A stretch of 64,000 bases of DNA from an uncultured Actinomycetota bacterium (GTDB lineage Bacteria; Actinomycetota; Humimicrobiia; Humimicrobiales; Humimicrobiaceae). The position numbers and the translations under genes were made by a program. The stretch covers positions 148,678-212,677 of the forward strand of contig CAZRVN010000004.1 of assembly GCA_964603595.1 (NCBI GenBank), read 5' to 3'. Below are positions 9,677 through 22,307 of the stretch, piece after piece. A model generated the notes under the pieces. It ran no database searches and was not told the origin of the DNA. It saw only the letters and a list, made by a program, of their open reading frames with translations. How positions within the stretch are numbered: the stretch's first letter is position 1; every line of letters begins with the position of its first letter.

Positions 9677-11938
9677 TTAAATAGAAAATTCAGAGAATTC
9701 TTCTTTAATTTTAAATTCAATACTTGTTATCTGTGAAGTATAATTTATTATTTTATGTATATTATCAGATATTTCCTTTTGGACATTCTTGTCTTTTGGT
9801 ATTGGTATAAGAATAGATTCAAAGACTTCTTTTCGGATTGATGGATAACCATTATTTAATAGCAATTTAGATGCATCAATGTTTAATAAACAAGCAAATA
9901 GATAGAGAGGTTTAATCCTATCGGCATGAGGTATTATACACGCAAAATGACTTACAACATATCCATCACAACCAAGAATCCCTCTATGATTTTTTAATAC
10001 AGTCTTTCCACTTTTCGGGAACAATATAGTCCCCTTGGGAAATTTATACAGATTCTCTATACCTCTTTCATTCAACTTATCTCTTGTTTTTATTAAATTA
10101 TAGGAAATATGTTCTCTTGCTAAATCTGATACTCTAAAGAATGGGTATACACCATCAGAAAATAACTCTGGATCCTGAGGCGCACTTTGTCCGAATTTTA
10201 TATCTGCTAATCTTGATAATGGGAAAGAATTAAAATCTTTTGACCTTAAACCCCTTTCTTCATAAATACTCTTTACCAACTGAAAACCTTTATTTTTAAT
10301 TTTATCTACCTCTAAAAAAGAAAATTCTATTCCATCAAGTAATTTGTCCAAATCATTATCCCCTTTTAAGGGTCTTCTGTAGTTATCTAGTGTAAAACCA
10401 TCATTCTTAACCTCGAAATACCATATTTTATTCTTTTTCTTGTTTTTAACTTTTATATATAGAATATTTGTCTTTTGTGGTGTATATGGTAGAAATACAC
10501 CATCGGGCAATGAGACTATTGTATGTAAGTCAAAATCCCTTATTATAAATTCTCTTTCTTTCCTATAAGTAGAATCGAAAAGAAAGCCTTCTGGAACAAT
10601 AATTCCGCACCTACTATTGTGATTAGCTTTATTTAGGGCTTTTAAACAATGTTGTATACAAATACTATCTCCGTTATCGGTTGGAAGATTATAAAAAGAA
10701 CCATGTGGCGTTTTGGTGGAAAAGGGTATATTAGTTATTACAATATCATATTTATTATCAATTGGGTTAACGAGACTATTAACTTTTTCTATATTGGAAT
10801 GACCATCCCCTATAAGTATCATATTCATTTTTGCAATTCTGGCAATGCTTGTTATTTCCCTTCCATATAATGATGATCTCTTCAAAACATTGATGGAATT
10901 TTCATTCTGTGGCATTGTACTTCTAATTTGCTTAAAAGATTCTGTGAGCATGCCGCCCGTTCCGCAAAATGGGTCGTATATAGTTTCACCAAACATTGGT
11001 CTCAGTAATTTAACCAAAGTCTTAATAATATGTCTTGGCGTAAAATATTGACCCAAATCATTATTATTACCACTACTATATGATTTTAAGAAATATTCAA
11101 AAGCATCTCCCTTTATATCGGTATTTGTATCGGTTAAATATAGAGGATCAATCATATCTATCAGATTTTTAAACGTATCAGGGTTTGTTATTTTAATATC
11201 CTCAAAAATACTCTTATCGTCAAACCTTTCCTTAAATTCCTTTAATACGACTTTTCCAACATAACTCAATAATTCTACAGGTCTTTTATCTCTAAAATAG
11301 TTCCACCTGTACTCAAGAGGAATATAATCTTTTTTACCACTATTTTCTTTTATTTCCTCTCTTTCGCTTATTAATTTCAAAAATAAAATATTGGCAAATT
11401 CGCTAAATCTTTCAACCCCAGCTTGTAGTCCTTCATCTCTAAGTAAGTCATTAGCTCTATCAAAAATTGAAATTAATTCTTTTCGAGAATTTATAACTTT
11501 TTTATCTAATGAAATATACTCATTATCATAAAGATAGTTTAATGCGAGTACTTCACTAATAAACTCTTCTACCTCCTCACCGTTTAAAAAGAGTGGTTTC
11601 TGTTTTTTTAAATGATATGTTTTTGTAAATACACCGTCAGTCGCATAAACTATCGGAGCGTCTATTTTTTGAGCATATAATACACCCTGTTTAATTGCTT
11701 TATCGATGTTTTCCTTAGGCTTTTTAGCTTCTATTATTATTAACGGCTCGTCTGATAATTTTCTATATAGAATATAGTCAGGCTTTAATCCACCTAATTT
11801 ATCATACTGCGTAGTAGTTTTGGGTTTTTGTTTGAAAACATTTCTTTGTGGACTTTGCGGATTATCATCCCAATTAAGATTTTTGAGTTGATTATCAACT
11901 AGAGTTTCTGTATCTCTTTCGTTTAATAAATTGCTCAT
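9677..11938 (-). CDS. Single-chain restriction-modification enzyme. It fuses a PD-(D/E)xK (HsdR_N/Mrr-like) nuclease domain, an N6-adenine DNA methyltransferase and an HsdS-like target-recognition domain (Type IIG-like).
   Basis: The N-terminus reads PDYILYRK...PLIIIEAKKP, a D...ExK nuclease motif. The middle carries methyltransferase motif I, YDPFCGTGGM, and a motif IV variant, DIVITNIPFS. The C-terminal roughly 180 aa resemble HsdS target-recognition domains. The total is 753 aa. Confidence 0.7.
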   Translation of the reverse strand: MSNLLNERDTETLVDNQLKNLNWDDNPQSPQRNVFKQKPKTTTQYDKLGGLKPDYILYRKLSDEPLIIIEAKKPKENIDKAIKQGVLYAQKIDAPIVYATDGVFTKTYHLKKQKPLFLNGEEVEEFISEVLALNYLYDNEYISLDKKVINSRKELISIFDRANDLLRDEGLQAGVERFSEFANILFLKLISEREEIKENSGKKDYIPLEYRWNYFRDKRPVELLSYVGKVVLKEFKERFDDKSIFEDIKITNPDTFKNLIDMIDPLYLTDTNTDIKGDAFEYFLKSYSSGNNNDLGQYFTPRHIIKTLVKLLRPMFGETIYDPFCGTGGMLTESFKQIRSTMPQNENSINVLKRSSLYGREITSIARIAKMNMILIGDGHSNIEKVNSLVNPIDNKYDIVITNIPFSTKTPHGSFYNLPTDNGDSICIQHCLKALNKANHNSRCGIIVPEGFLFDSTYRKEREFIIRDFDLHTIVSLPDGVFLPYTPQKTNILYIKVKNKKKNKIWYFEVKNDGFTLDNYRRPLKGDNDLDKLLDGIEFSFLEVDKIKNKGFQLVKSIYEERGLRSKDFNSFPLSRLADIKFGQSAPQDPELFSDGVYPFFRVSDLAREHISYNLIKTRDKLNERGIENLYKFPKGTILFPKSGKTVLKNHRGILGCDGYVVSHFACIIPHADRIKPLYLFACLLNIDASKLLLNNGYPSIRKEVFESILIPIPKDKNVQKEISDNIHKIINYTSQITSIEFKIKEEFSEFSI

Positions 11939-12082
11939 TTCTTAATCACCCTATAATTTTACCAAAGAATTTCTTGATATCATATTAAAACTTTCATAAT
12001 ATTTTTATGTATCAAAAAGACGGCAAGTGTACCTGTTATAAGGGGATACTCACCTAAAATTATATTAATTTCTGTTAGATAA

Positions 12083-13543
12083 TCAACCTATTTTTTTTCT
12101 TATAATCTCAACTGCCAGCTGCGGATTTGCTTTCCCCTTTGTTTTTGCCATTACTTTACCAACTAAAAAACTCAGCGCCTTTTCTTTCCCCCCGCGTAAC
12201 TGCTCTACCGGCCCTGGGTTTTCACCTATCACCTCATCAATAACCGACTCAAGAAGACCCTTATCACTTATCTGCTCCAGGCCCCTGCTTTCAATAATAT
12301 TTTCAGGGTCTTTACCTGTTGTAAACATCTCTTCAAATACTGACTTTGCCATCTTGGAACTGATTTGGCCCTTATCCACTATCTTAAGCATCTTGCAAAG
12401 ATTCTCAGGGGTTACCCTGCTCTCCTTTATTGTCGTTATCTTATCTTTATTCATAAGCGCGCTGAAATCACCCATTATCCAGTTTGCAATGTTCTTGGCA
12501 TCATCATAATACCTGCAGCTCTCCTCAAAATAACCAGCCATCTCTTTACTATTGGCAAGGAATATGCAATCGCCCCTGGGCAAACCGTACTCCTCCTCAA
12601 ACCTCCTGGCTTTTTCGGACGGCAGCTCAGGGATCGTTTTTCTAATCTCTTCTATCATTTTTTCTTCAACACAAATAGGAACCAGGTCGGGTTCAGGGAA
12701 ATATCTATAATCATGGGCCTCTTCCTTGGACCTGAGGGTTTTTGTAGTCCCGGTTTTACTGTCATAATGCCTTGTCTGCTGGATAACCCTGCCCTTTGAT
12801 TCAAGTATCTCAACCTGCCTTTTTACCTCATATTCCAGCCCTCTCTGTAAAAACTTGAAAGAGTTTAAATTCTTAATCTCCGTCTTTGTCCCTATCTTTT
12901 TGGCTCCTTTTACATTTACCGAAACATTTGCATCACAGCGGAGGCTGCCCTCCTCCATGCTGCAATCACTTACTTCCAGGAATAATATCAAATTCCTTAA
13001 GACTATCATGTATTCCCTTGCTTCTTCAGGCGACCTCATATCCGGCTCGCTTACAACTTCTATCAGGGGAGTGCCTGCCCTGTTAAAATCAACTATGCTT
13101 GCTTCAGATTCACTTATCCTGCCGGTTGACCCCGTGTGAAGAAGTTTTCCGGTATCTTCCTCCATGTGCACCCTGGTTATCCCTACTCTCCTGGTGTAGC
13201 TCCCCATGTCAATATCAAGATGACCTTTTACCCCAAGCGGAATGTCATATTGTGAAATCTGGTAGTTTTTAGGCATGTCAGGATAAAAATAGTTCTTCCT
13301 GTGAAAAATCGTATATTTATTAATTCTGCAGTTCAATGCCAGGGCAATCTTTGCCGCATACTCAACTGCTTTTTTATTGGTAACCGGAAGCGAGCCGGGA
13401 TGGCCAAGACAAACCGGGCAGGTATGTGTGTTTTTCTCATCACCAAAAGAAAGCTTACACCCGCAAAACATCTTTGTTTCCGTGTCAAGCTCCACATGTG
13501 TTTCAAGCCCTATTACCGACTGATATTTACTCTCTTTTCCCAT
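12083..13543 (-). CDS. gatB: Asp/Glu-tRNA amidotransferase subunit B
   Basis: The product starts MGKESKYQSVIGLETHVELDTETKMFCGCK, the canonical GatB N-terminus. The gatCAB gene order is preserved. Confidence 0.93.
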   Translation of the reverse strand: MGKESKYQSVIGLETHVELDTETKMFCGCKLSFGDEKNTHTCPVCLGHPGSLPVTNKKAVEYAAKIALALNCRINKYTIFHRKNYFYPDMPKNYQISQYDIPLGVKGHLDIDMGSYTRRVGITRVHMEEDTGKLLHTGSTGRISESEASIVDFNRAGTPLIEVVSEPDMRSPEEAREYMIVLRNLILFLEVSDCSMEEGSLRCDANVSVNVKGAKKIGTKTEIKNLNSFKFLQRGLEYEVKRQVEILESKGRVIQQTRHYDSKTGTTKTLRSKEEAHDYRYFPEPDLVPICVEEKMIEEIRKTIPELPSEKARRFEEEYGLPRGDCIFLANSKEMAGYFEESCRYYDDAKNIANWIMGDFSALMNKDKITTIKESRVTPENLCKMLKIVDKGQISSKMAKSVFEEMFTTGKDPENIIESRGLEQISDKGLLESVIDEVIGENPGPVEQLRGGKEKALSFLVGKVMAKTKGKANPQLAVEIIRKKIG

Positions 13544-13612
13544 GATCTCCCGTAATCAAACTTTTTAAAAAATATAAACTTAAAAATATCATATTAGCCC
13601 TGCCGCACTCCA

Positions 13613-15070
13613 CTACAGCCCTGGCCTATCATTAAAACCTATTGCTTTTTCAAGACTGTAGGCCACTCTTAAAATATTATCTTCCCTTAATACATTACCG
13701 ATAACCTGAACACCTATTGGAAGCCCGTCCTTCGAAAGTCCTGCCGGAATTGAAATCGCGGGAAGCCCTGCCAGGTTAACCGGTATTGTACAGATATCTG
13801 AAAGATACATGGTCAGGGGGTCCTCTGTTTTCTCCCCAATCTTAAAAGCAGTAGTAGGCGATGTGGGAGAAAGCAGAACATCAAATTTGCTGAATGCTTT
13901 CTTAAAATCATTTATAATCAATGTCCTTACTCTCCGCGCCTTCTCATAATATTCATCATAATAACCTGCTGACAGGCAGTAAGTCCCAATCATTATTCTT
14001 CTTTTAACCTCATCTCCAAAGCCCTCTGCCCTGCTCTTCCTGTACATCTTCCTTAAAGTTCTTGCTTCCGTGTTTCTGTATCCGTATCTCACACCGTCAA
14101 ACCTTGACAGGTTGGAGCTTGCCTCAGAAGGCGCTATTATATAATACACGCTTAAAGCATGCTTTAAGCTGGGAATTGAAATTTCTTCAACCTCTGCCCC
14201 CATATCTTCAGCCATACTGATTACTTTAAGTATTTTTTCCTTTACCTCCCCGTCAATGCCTTCTACCATAAGCTCTGAAGGAACCCCTATCTTCAAATCC
14301 TTAATATCAGGTTTTAAGAAACTCCTGTAATCCGGGATTTCCTTATTTATGGATGTGGAATCATTTTCGTCATGGCCGCAGATTACATTAAGCATTAGGG
14401 CACAATCTTCAACATCCCTTGCAAGCGGCCCTATCTGGTCAAGAGAAGATGCAAAGGCCACCAGCCCGTATCTTGATACCATTCCGTAAGTCGGCTTCAG
14501 CCCCACAATACCGCAAAGGGACGCCGGCTGCCTGATAGAGCCCCCTGTATCAGAACCCAGGGCACATATTGCCTCACCTGCCGCCACTGCCGCAGCAGGT
14601 CCGCCGCTTGAACCTCCCGGTACCCTGTTTACATCCCAGGGGTTCCTTACAGGCCCAAAATGAGAGTTCTCACTTGACGAGCCCATCGCAAACTCATCCA
14701 TATTTGACTTTCCCAGCAGGATATAATTACGGCTTTCAAGCTTTTCAATTACAGATGCATTGTATACCGGAACATAATTTTTAAGAATTTTTGAAGCACA
14801 TGTAGTTGTAATATTCTTAGTGCATATATTATCCTTTACCGCTACTGGAATTCCGGTAAGGTCTTCAACGCTGCCTCCGGATGCTATAAGGGCATCGACC
14901 TCTTTTGCCTTTAAAAGCGCACTTTCTTTTTCCAGTCTTATAAAGGAGTTTACCTTATCTTCAACTTCTTCAATCCGCCTGTAGGAACTCTTTGTTATTT
15001 CGCTACAGCTTATTTCTTTTTTCTTAAGCTTATCCCTTAACTGATGGGCTGTAAGGTAATATGTTTCCAA
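13613..15070 (-). CDS. gatA: Glutamyl-tRNA(Gln) amidotransferase subunit A
   Basis: It carries the amidase signature [15 protein letters not shown] and is 485 aa. Confidence 0.93.
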   Translation of the reverse strand: METYYLTAHQLRDKLKKKEISCSEITKSSYRRIEEVEDKVNSFIRLEKESALLKAKEVDALIASGGSVEDLTGIPVAVKDNICTKNITTTCASKILKNYVPVYNASVIEKLESRNYILLGKSNMDEFAMGSSSENSHFGPVRNPWDVNRVPGGSSGGPAAAVAAGEAICALGSDTGGSIRQPASLCGIVGLKPTYGMVSRYGLVAFASSLDQIGPLARDVEDCALMLNVICGHDENDSTSINKEIPDYRSFLKPDIKDLKIGVPSELMVEGIDGEVKEKILKVISMAEDMGAEVEEISIPSLKHALSVYYIIAPSEASSNLSRFDGVRYGYRNTEARTLRKMYRKSRAEGFGDEVKRRIMIGTYCLSAGYYDEYYEKARRVRTLIINDFKKAFSKFDVLLSPTSPTTAFKIGEKTEDPLTMYLSDICTIPVNLAGLPAISIPAGLSKDGLPIGVQVIGNVLREDNILRVAYSLEKAIGFNDRPGL

Positions 15071-15102
15071 AACCTCTCCCGCTAACCTATTTTTATTATT
15101 TT

Positions 15103-15390
15103 TTAATCTATCTTGGGAACCTTAAAGCCGGAATCTACTTCATCCGGTGCATTCTCAAGCGCAGATTCCTGGGTTATTGATTTTTTAGGCACATCTTCCC
15201 TCAGGACATTTTTTATATCCAGTATGTGCGATATAGGGGTTATTCCTTCTGTATCCACCTTGCTTACTTCTGCCACATAATCCAGGATTTTATCCAGCTG
15301 GGATGTAATCTTCTCTATCTCTTTCTGTCCAATTTCAAGCTCTGCAAGCTTTGCCACATGCTTAACATCATCTTTAGAAATTCTTCCCAT
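15103..15390 (-). CDS. gatC: Asp/Glu-tRNA amidotransferase subunit C
   Basis: The 95-aa product starts [20 protein letters not shown] and lies upstream of gatA. Confidence 0.88.
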   Translation of the reverse strand: MGRISKDDVKHVAKLAELEIGQKEIEKITSQLDKILDYVAEVSKVDTEGITPISHILDIKNVLREDVPKKSITQESALENAPDEVDSGFKVPKID

Positions 15391-15533
15391 TGCTTTACCC
15401 TTTCTTAATATGCAAACTGCCTATTTATATCTACCTTATAAAGTTACAAAATGCTAATATAGCCCTAAATATTAAAACTTACGATAATTAAAGGCAGATT
15501 TAGATATAACATTTTAACAAATATTCTGTTCTA

Positions 15534-16307
15534 TTAATACAGCTTTATAATTTCCAGCTCTCCCAGTAAAATCATTATTAGTGCCAGATTGTAAACTCCA
15601 TGCAGAAAAATTGCGGGCATGAGTGATTTTGTCTTCTCAAAAACATACGCAAGCAGCCACCCTATAATCATAATGGGTATGAAGCTGTATATTTCCAGGT
15701 GAACTGCAGCAAAAAGGAAGGAGGATAGAAATAGCCCCGCATTAACCCCCCAGCTTTTTTTAAATGCCTGGTATAAAAAACCCCTGAAAAAAATCTCCTC
15801 GCTCAAAGGTGCAATTAACGTCACTATTACCAGAAGGGTATTGCTTGATATGCTTCCATTTCTTACGAGAACTTCAATTTTACTGGAAGGCGCCTCTATC
15901 CCGAACAGCGAATTCAATAAAAAAACATATAAAAAACTTACAATAAAAATAGCCACAAGTGAGATAAAAGAATACCATATTGTCTTAAGGATACTGTAAT
16001 AACGCAGTCCCAGGTCCCTTAAGCCAGACTTTCTTCTAAATAGGGCAAAAAACCAGACTACCCCCAGCATTAGAACAACCTGGATCGCATACAGGACCAC
16101 AAAACTTGAATTGCTTATATTGGATGAATTAAAAAATTCTTTGTCCCCAAAAACTTTAAATAGCCAGGCAGAGCCAAAATAAACGCCGATAAGGACCGCT
16201 GCTAAAAAAACCAGTGAAATTATCGCATCACGGGCATTCCACTTTATATTCAGGACATGTCCCTGGCTTTCCGGGTGATTTTTATCCTTAAAACTTCTGT
16301 TAGACAT
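15534..16307 (-). CDS. CPBP-family (CAAX/Abi) intramembrane metalloprotease
   Basis: EEIFFRGF...FAAVHL...FLHGVYN motifs are present, and the protein has multiple transmembrane segments. Confidence 0.75.
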   Translation of the reverse strand: MSNRSFKDKNHPESQGHVLNIKWNARDAIISLVFLAAVLIGVYFGSAWLFKVFGDKEFFNSSNISNSSFVVLYAIQVVLMLGVVWFFALFRRKSGLRDLGLRYYSILKTIWYSFISLVAIFIVSFLYVFLLNSLFGIEAPSSKIEVLVRNGSISSNTLLVIVTLIAPLSEEIFFRGFLYQAFKKSWGVNAGLFLSSFLFAAVHLEIYSFIPIMIIGWLLAYVFEKTKSLMPAIFLHGVYNLALIMILLGELEIIKLY

Positions 16308-16417
16308 ATAAAAAACAACTGTTAAAATTTTATAAATCTTTTATTATATTTTCCTTAATCCAAAGGATTTTTAAAGCCTGTATATTACCAGGCAATACAT
16401 TCAAATAAAATATATAA

Positions 16418-16440
16418 ATAAAGAGCTCAAGCCCTGCGCA
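16418..16440 (-). terminator. Putative intrinsic terminator just 3' of ligA
   Basis: A GC-rich palindrome AGCCCTGCGCAGGGCT is followed on the minus strand by a T-rich run. Confidence 0.35.
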
Positions 16441-16443
16441 GGG

Positions 16444-18561
<2,118 letters not shown>

Positions 18562-18749
18562 TTATGACCGGTTACAAGGATTAAAAATAATTTTATCTCA
18601 TTATAGCATATATTTGCAGCGAACTTTTTTAAAAAAGATACCTCTAAAAAGCATCGGGTCATCTGCATAAATATTTTTTGGTGAAGGTAAAAACACCAAA
18701 AATATTTCATGCTGTAAAATTTCCTGCCAATAATTTCAATAAAATGCTT

Positions 18750-19346
18750 TTACTCAGCACCTTCCAGAATATATACCAGCCCATAATTTTCAAACACCCT
18801 TTTCATCTCCTTTTCCGCCTCTATAAAGAGTGCTTCCGTATCAAGATAGAGCTTTTCTATTTTTGGCTCATCAAATGTGGAATAATTTCCGCTTTCATAA
18901 TATGACAGCACAAGATTTATGGTTTCAATGTCACTATCAATAAATTCCAGTTCATAATTATAAAAAGTCTCAAGCGGGGCCGGGATATTCTCAATAAGGA
19001 GTAATTTTTCCCTGTAACCGGTTACCGCATCACGCCTTTTAGATGCAAGCTCTTTTAGCTGGCCTACGTTTATAAACTCGCTGTCAAGTTCTTCTGATAA
19101 TTCAACTGTCTTTTCAATAAATTCATCCTTAAGCGGCCTGAACTTTTGGTAATACTCTGCAATCTCCCTCGCTTCTTCTGACTTTATCTCTTCAAGCATC
19201 TCAATTTCCCGCCTTGCCTCTTCTTCCAACTCTCTGCGGTTTTCTATTTTCTGCATCTCCATGGAAAATACATTGTATATTACAAGTGCTATAATAATTA
19301 TAACCAGTATCAATGCAGCTAATTTTTCTTTATTTAACTTACTCAT
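18750..19346 (-). CDS. Sortase-associated membrane-anchored coiled-coil protein (copy 1). Function unknown.
   Basis: It has an N-terminal transmembrane segment and an E/R-rich heptad region (EEEARREIEMLEEIKSEEAREIAEYY). It lies directly downstream of sortase 1. It is clearly paralogous to the ORF at 23936-24514. Confidence 0.6.
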   Translation of the reverse strand: MSKLNKEKLAALILVIIIIALVIYNVFSMEMQKIENRRELEEEARREIEMLEEIKSEEAREIAEYYQKFRPLKDEFIEKTVELSEELDSEFINVGQLKELASKRRDAVTGYREKLLLIENIPAPLETFYNYELEFIDSDIETINLVLSYYESGNYSTFDEPKIEKLYLDTEALFIEAEKEMKRVFENYGLVYILEGAE

Positions 19347-19354
19347 TTAATCCA

Positions 19355-20170
19355 TTATTTAACCTCGATAGATGCTATTTTGAGGGGATATATATTTATA
19401 AGTTCTGATATTAATACAATCCTCTCAGCTGCAGAATATTCCGGGTGGCATGAAGTAAGCAAAAGCTCTTTTTTACCAGTACCTTCCAGAATATATACAT
19501 CCTCTGGACCGACTATTTCCAATTCACTGACAGCATAGATAAAAGTCCCGCTTTCTGTCGTTTCAAGATAAATCAGGTCACCTTCAAGAAGTTCATCTAT
19601 CCTATTAAAGGGTGAGCCGTAAGTAGTCCTGTGACCGGAAATAGTGCACCTTCCGGTATCACCCGGAAGCGGGGTTCCCTCAATATGCCCCGGCCCACTT
19701 GTTAAAGTCAGTATGTCAGCCCCCTCGTTTACTATCCGCTCCAGCTTAATTCTGGGGATCTTAATCTTCAACGGGAAAAAGTCTTCCGCAGTTAGATTAC
19801 TGTAGTCTAATATTTCCCTACCAATATCAAAGCCAATTTCAATATCCCCGTAATCTGCAGTGTCCCGGCTGACGGACCCTTCCAGGGTTTTACCATCTTT
19901 AACGCTATCCTCTGAGGCAGTATTTTCTGAAGTGGTTCCAGAATCCCCTGCCAGCCCGGTTGTAGTGGCCCCCTCCTCTGATAGAGCCGCTTCCTGTGAT
20001 CCCCACTTTGATAAAATATCTTCCTGTCTCAATGTTGTTATGATATTTATATACAAGGGATATAATAAAAATAATATTACCGCGAAAGCTGCTAGAAACA
20101 ACGTTACCTTAATTATTCTTGACACTTTGACTTTTGAAAACTTTACTTTTTTCATATCATCAGGACGCAA
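19355..20170 (-). CDS. Sortase (copy 1)
   Basis: It has an N-terminal transmembrane anchor. The catalytic triad context is conserved, with His in GHRTTYG, Cys in LLLTSCHP (the TLxTC motif) and the following Arg. Confidence 0.8.
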   Translation of the reverse strand: MRPDDMKKVKFSKVKVSRIIKVTLFLAAFAVILFLLYPLYINIITTLRQEDILSKWGSQEAALSEEGATTTGLAGDSGTTSENTASEDSVKDGKTLEGSVSRDTADYGDIEIGFDIGREILDYSNLTAEDFFPLKIKIPRIKLERIVNEGADILTLTSGPGHIEGTPLPGDTGRCTISGHRTTYGSPFNRIDELLEGDLIYLETTESGTFIYAVSELEIVGPEDVYILEGTGKKELLLTSCHPEYSAAERIVLISELINIYPLKIASIEVK

Positions 20171-20213
20171 GATTTATACAGAATTGTCTATCATGCTCTG
20201 GAACAATTTAGTT

Positions 20214-22100
20214 TTATTTATAAAAAATATTTGATACCCTGCTTAATGCATCTATGGCATGCTGCGTGGTATCAATCCGTATCCTGTTATCATCAACCCT
20301 GAATCTAATCGCCCCTTCTACTCTCTCAGGGTGTGAGAGATAGTACATATCCGTACCGTCAAACTGAAGATTGATTAGATTATGAACACCGAGAAGAATT
20401 GATTTTTCATATCTATACATCCTCCCGTAATCTTTATCAAGCTCAGCCAATTCATAAGCGTAGGTCAATCCTTCCACATAAACTCCAGTGCTGCCTGAAA
20501 AGGGCACGCCGTATTCGGGATTGTCCGGGTCATAAAATCTCCCCAGATAATCAATATATGGTTTCCCGTCCTGGTCCTGCATTTGGATAATCTTATCATT
20601 TAACTTAAAGATTGCATCCTTGTATTTACTGGAACCAGTAATTAAATACAGCTTATAAAGAGACATCGTATGCCAGGGAACATAAGCCGGAAAATAATTA
20701 GCATCCATAAGGTCAACATATTTATTGACATAGTAATCCTGGGATTTTATCGCTGCATCAAGATACTTTTCATCTCCTGTTTTTTCATACAGTTCTACCA
20801 TGCTCAATATAGCTTCGCCGCTGTAATAAGTCAGCAGTTCTTCTTCATCATAGGAGTAGCCGGGTTCAATATACCACGCCCCAAGGGAGCCATCTTCATT
20901 CTGGAGGTACTGTAATGTATTGGCAAGCTTTGTAGCTTCATCCCTGTACTGCTCAAAATATGGGCTGAAAACCAGGACTCTCAGAGCTATGCCAATTGCA
21001 CCGATTTTTGATTTATTTTTAAAATATATATACCCCATCTTGCCGTCTTCCTGGTACCAGTTTTTAAAAATATAATCCAGGTTTTCCTCATGCATCCGGA
21101 GTAGCTCATTATTTTCACTGCTTTTTTCAGCCAGCCATCTTGATGACATAAGCTGTCTTATCATATTATTGCCATCATAATATTCGCCTTTTGAAGGTTC
21201 GTACTGGTAATTAAAATAACCCTTGCTATTCAGGTTGGAAAGCATCCACGCTTCGGCAAGGTCAAGGGAGCTTTCTATTTTTTCGCTATCTATATCAGGC
21301 CTAAAATCAATTTCGTTACACCTGTAGAAAGTAGTAATCTCATCTGAAAACCTGGTGGTCGCAAAATGTATGGTGGGAAAATAATATATATTTGTTGAAC
21401 TATCACTGTAGCAATCCTCATCTAAGTCCGCCTTTTTACATAACTTTAGAAGCAATGTATCCAGACTATGATTTCCTTCAACGGCAACCGTATTATAATA
21501 AGTTGCTCCGCTTTCCCCTTTTTCTATCCTTAACCCATGAATTCCTTTTTCATAACCCCCGTCTAACTTTTTTTCATCTCCAAGGATAATTATCTCTATT
21601 TTCAGATCATCTATATCATCTTCGGTTATTCCTCCGAATCTAGCGTCCTCTATGGTCCTTAAAGCCGCGACATAGACACTTTCCGCCAGGTTATTTTTTC
21701 TTGCAGAATATGACCCCTTTTTGCATCCCTCTAAACCGAACCCGATAAATACCTTCCTATCTACATCATCATATTTTTCTAAAAATAAAGACTCCTCATC
21801 AACATCCGAACCCGAGAAATAGTCATCTATCGCCTTATACGCGACTTCCATCAAGTATTCTTTATCTTCGTAAGATAAATCAATGAATTCGCCCGAATCC
21901 ACTTCAATAGAGTTAACATATTTAGAAAATTCTTTTTCAAACCAGCTTTCGTAGTCGTCACCGACCACGCTTATGTCTATTTCGCCCTCCTTTTCCTCCC
22001 TGCACCCGGAGCACAGGTAAGCGAAAGGTAAAAATAAAAAAATCATAGAGATAAAAAGCAAGATAATCCTTACTGTAATTTTTTTTCCATACCCGGGCAT
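20214..22100 (-). CDS. Lipoprotein with a C-terminal alpha/alpha-toroid-like repeat domain. Function unknown. The start is reassigned to the Met at 22100.
   Basis: The Met at 22100 is preceded by a GGAGGG RBS and begins a signal peptide with lipobox LCSGC. The C-terminal half carries repeated aromatic D-G motifs (NEDGSLGAWY, QDQDGKPY) reminiscent of prenyltransferase or terpene-cyclase-type toroids. The track ORF starts at 22178. Confidence 0.5.
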   Translation of the reverse strand: MPGYGKKITVRIILLFISMIFLFLPFAYLCSGCREEKEGEIDISVVGDDYESWFEKEFSKYVNSIEVDSGEFIDLSYEDKEYLMEVAYKAIDDYFSGSDVDEESLFLEKYDDVDRKVFIGFGLEGCKKGSYSARKNNLAESVYVAALRTIEDARFGGITEDDIDDLKIEIIILGDEKKLDGGYEKGIHGLRIEKGESGATYYNTVAVEGNHSLDTLLLKLCKKADLDEDCYSDSSTNIYYFPTIHFATTRFSDEITTFYRCNEIDFRPDIDSEKIESSLDLAEAWMLSNLNSKGYFNYQYEPSKGEYYDGNNMIRQLMSSRWLAEKSSENNELLRMHEENLDYIFKNWYQEDGKMGYIYFKNKSKIGAIGIALRVLVFSPYFEQYRDEATKLANTLQYLQNEDGSLGAWYIEPGYSYDEEELLTYYSGEAILSMVELYEKTGDEKYLDAAIKSQDYYVNKYVDLMDANYFPAYVPWHTMSLYKLYLITGSSKYKDAIFKLNDKIIQMQDQDGKPYIDYLGRFYDPDNPEYGVPFSGSTGVYVEGLTYAYELAELDKDYGRMYRYEKSILLGVHNLINLQFDGTDMYYLSHPERVEGAIRFRVDDNRIRIDTTQHAIDALSRVSNIFYK

Positions 22101-22195
22101 TATATTCCCTCCTATTACCTTATGATACATAAACCCTTCCCGTATCATTTTTAAATTGTGCAACAAATTATACAACAATACTGGTTAAAATATAA

Positions 22196-22226
22196 AATAG
22201 CCCGGACAATATGCCCGTGCTATTTT
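22196..22226 (-). terminator. Bidirectional-looking intrinsic terminator hairpin (copy 1, slightly decayed)
   Basis: AAATAGCCCGGACAATATGCCCGTGCTATTTT forms a 9-10 bp stem flanked by an A-tract and a T-tract. It is a near-identical copy of the hairpin at 25288-25320 with one stem mismatch. Confidence 0.55.
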
Positions 22227-22248
22227 ATTTCATTTTATATAATACCTG

Positions 22249-22287
22249 TTACTTCCTCCTGAACTTCTTCCTAAGTGAAGCTATAAA
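22249..22287 (-). pseudogene. 3'-terminal remnant of an LPxTG surface-protein gene. Only the last 12 codons and the stop are conserved.
   Basis: The minus-strand translation ...FIASLRKKFRRK* matches the C-terminal tail FIASLKKKFRRK* of the 1453-aa LPFTG protein. It is followed by the same terminator hairpin, and the upstream reading frame is not conserved. Confidence 0.55.
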
Positions 22288-22307
22288 AAAACAGGAAAAG
22301 AGGCTGA

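Noticed and set aside
22181-22196. Start of the 654-aa ORF at 22178, directly abutting the terminator hairpin
   Set aside because: That would leave no room for a promoter or 5' UTR after the terminator. The Met at 22100 has a strong RBS and begins a lipoprotein signal peptide, so the longer N-terminus is likely untranslated.
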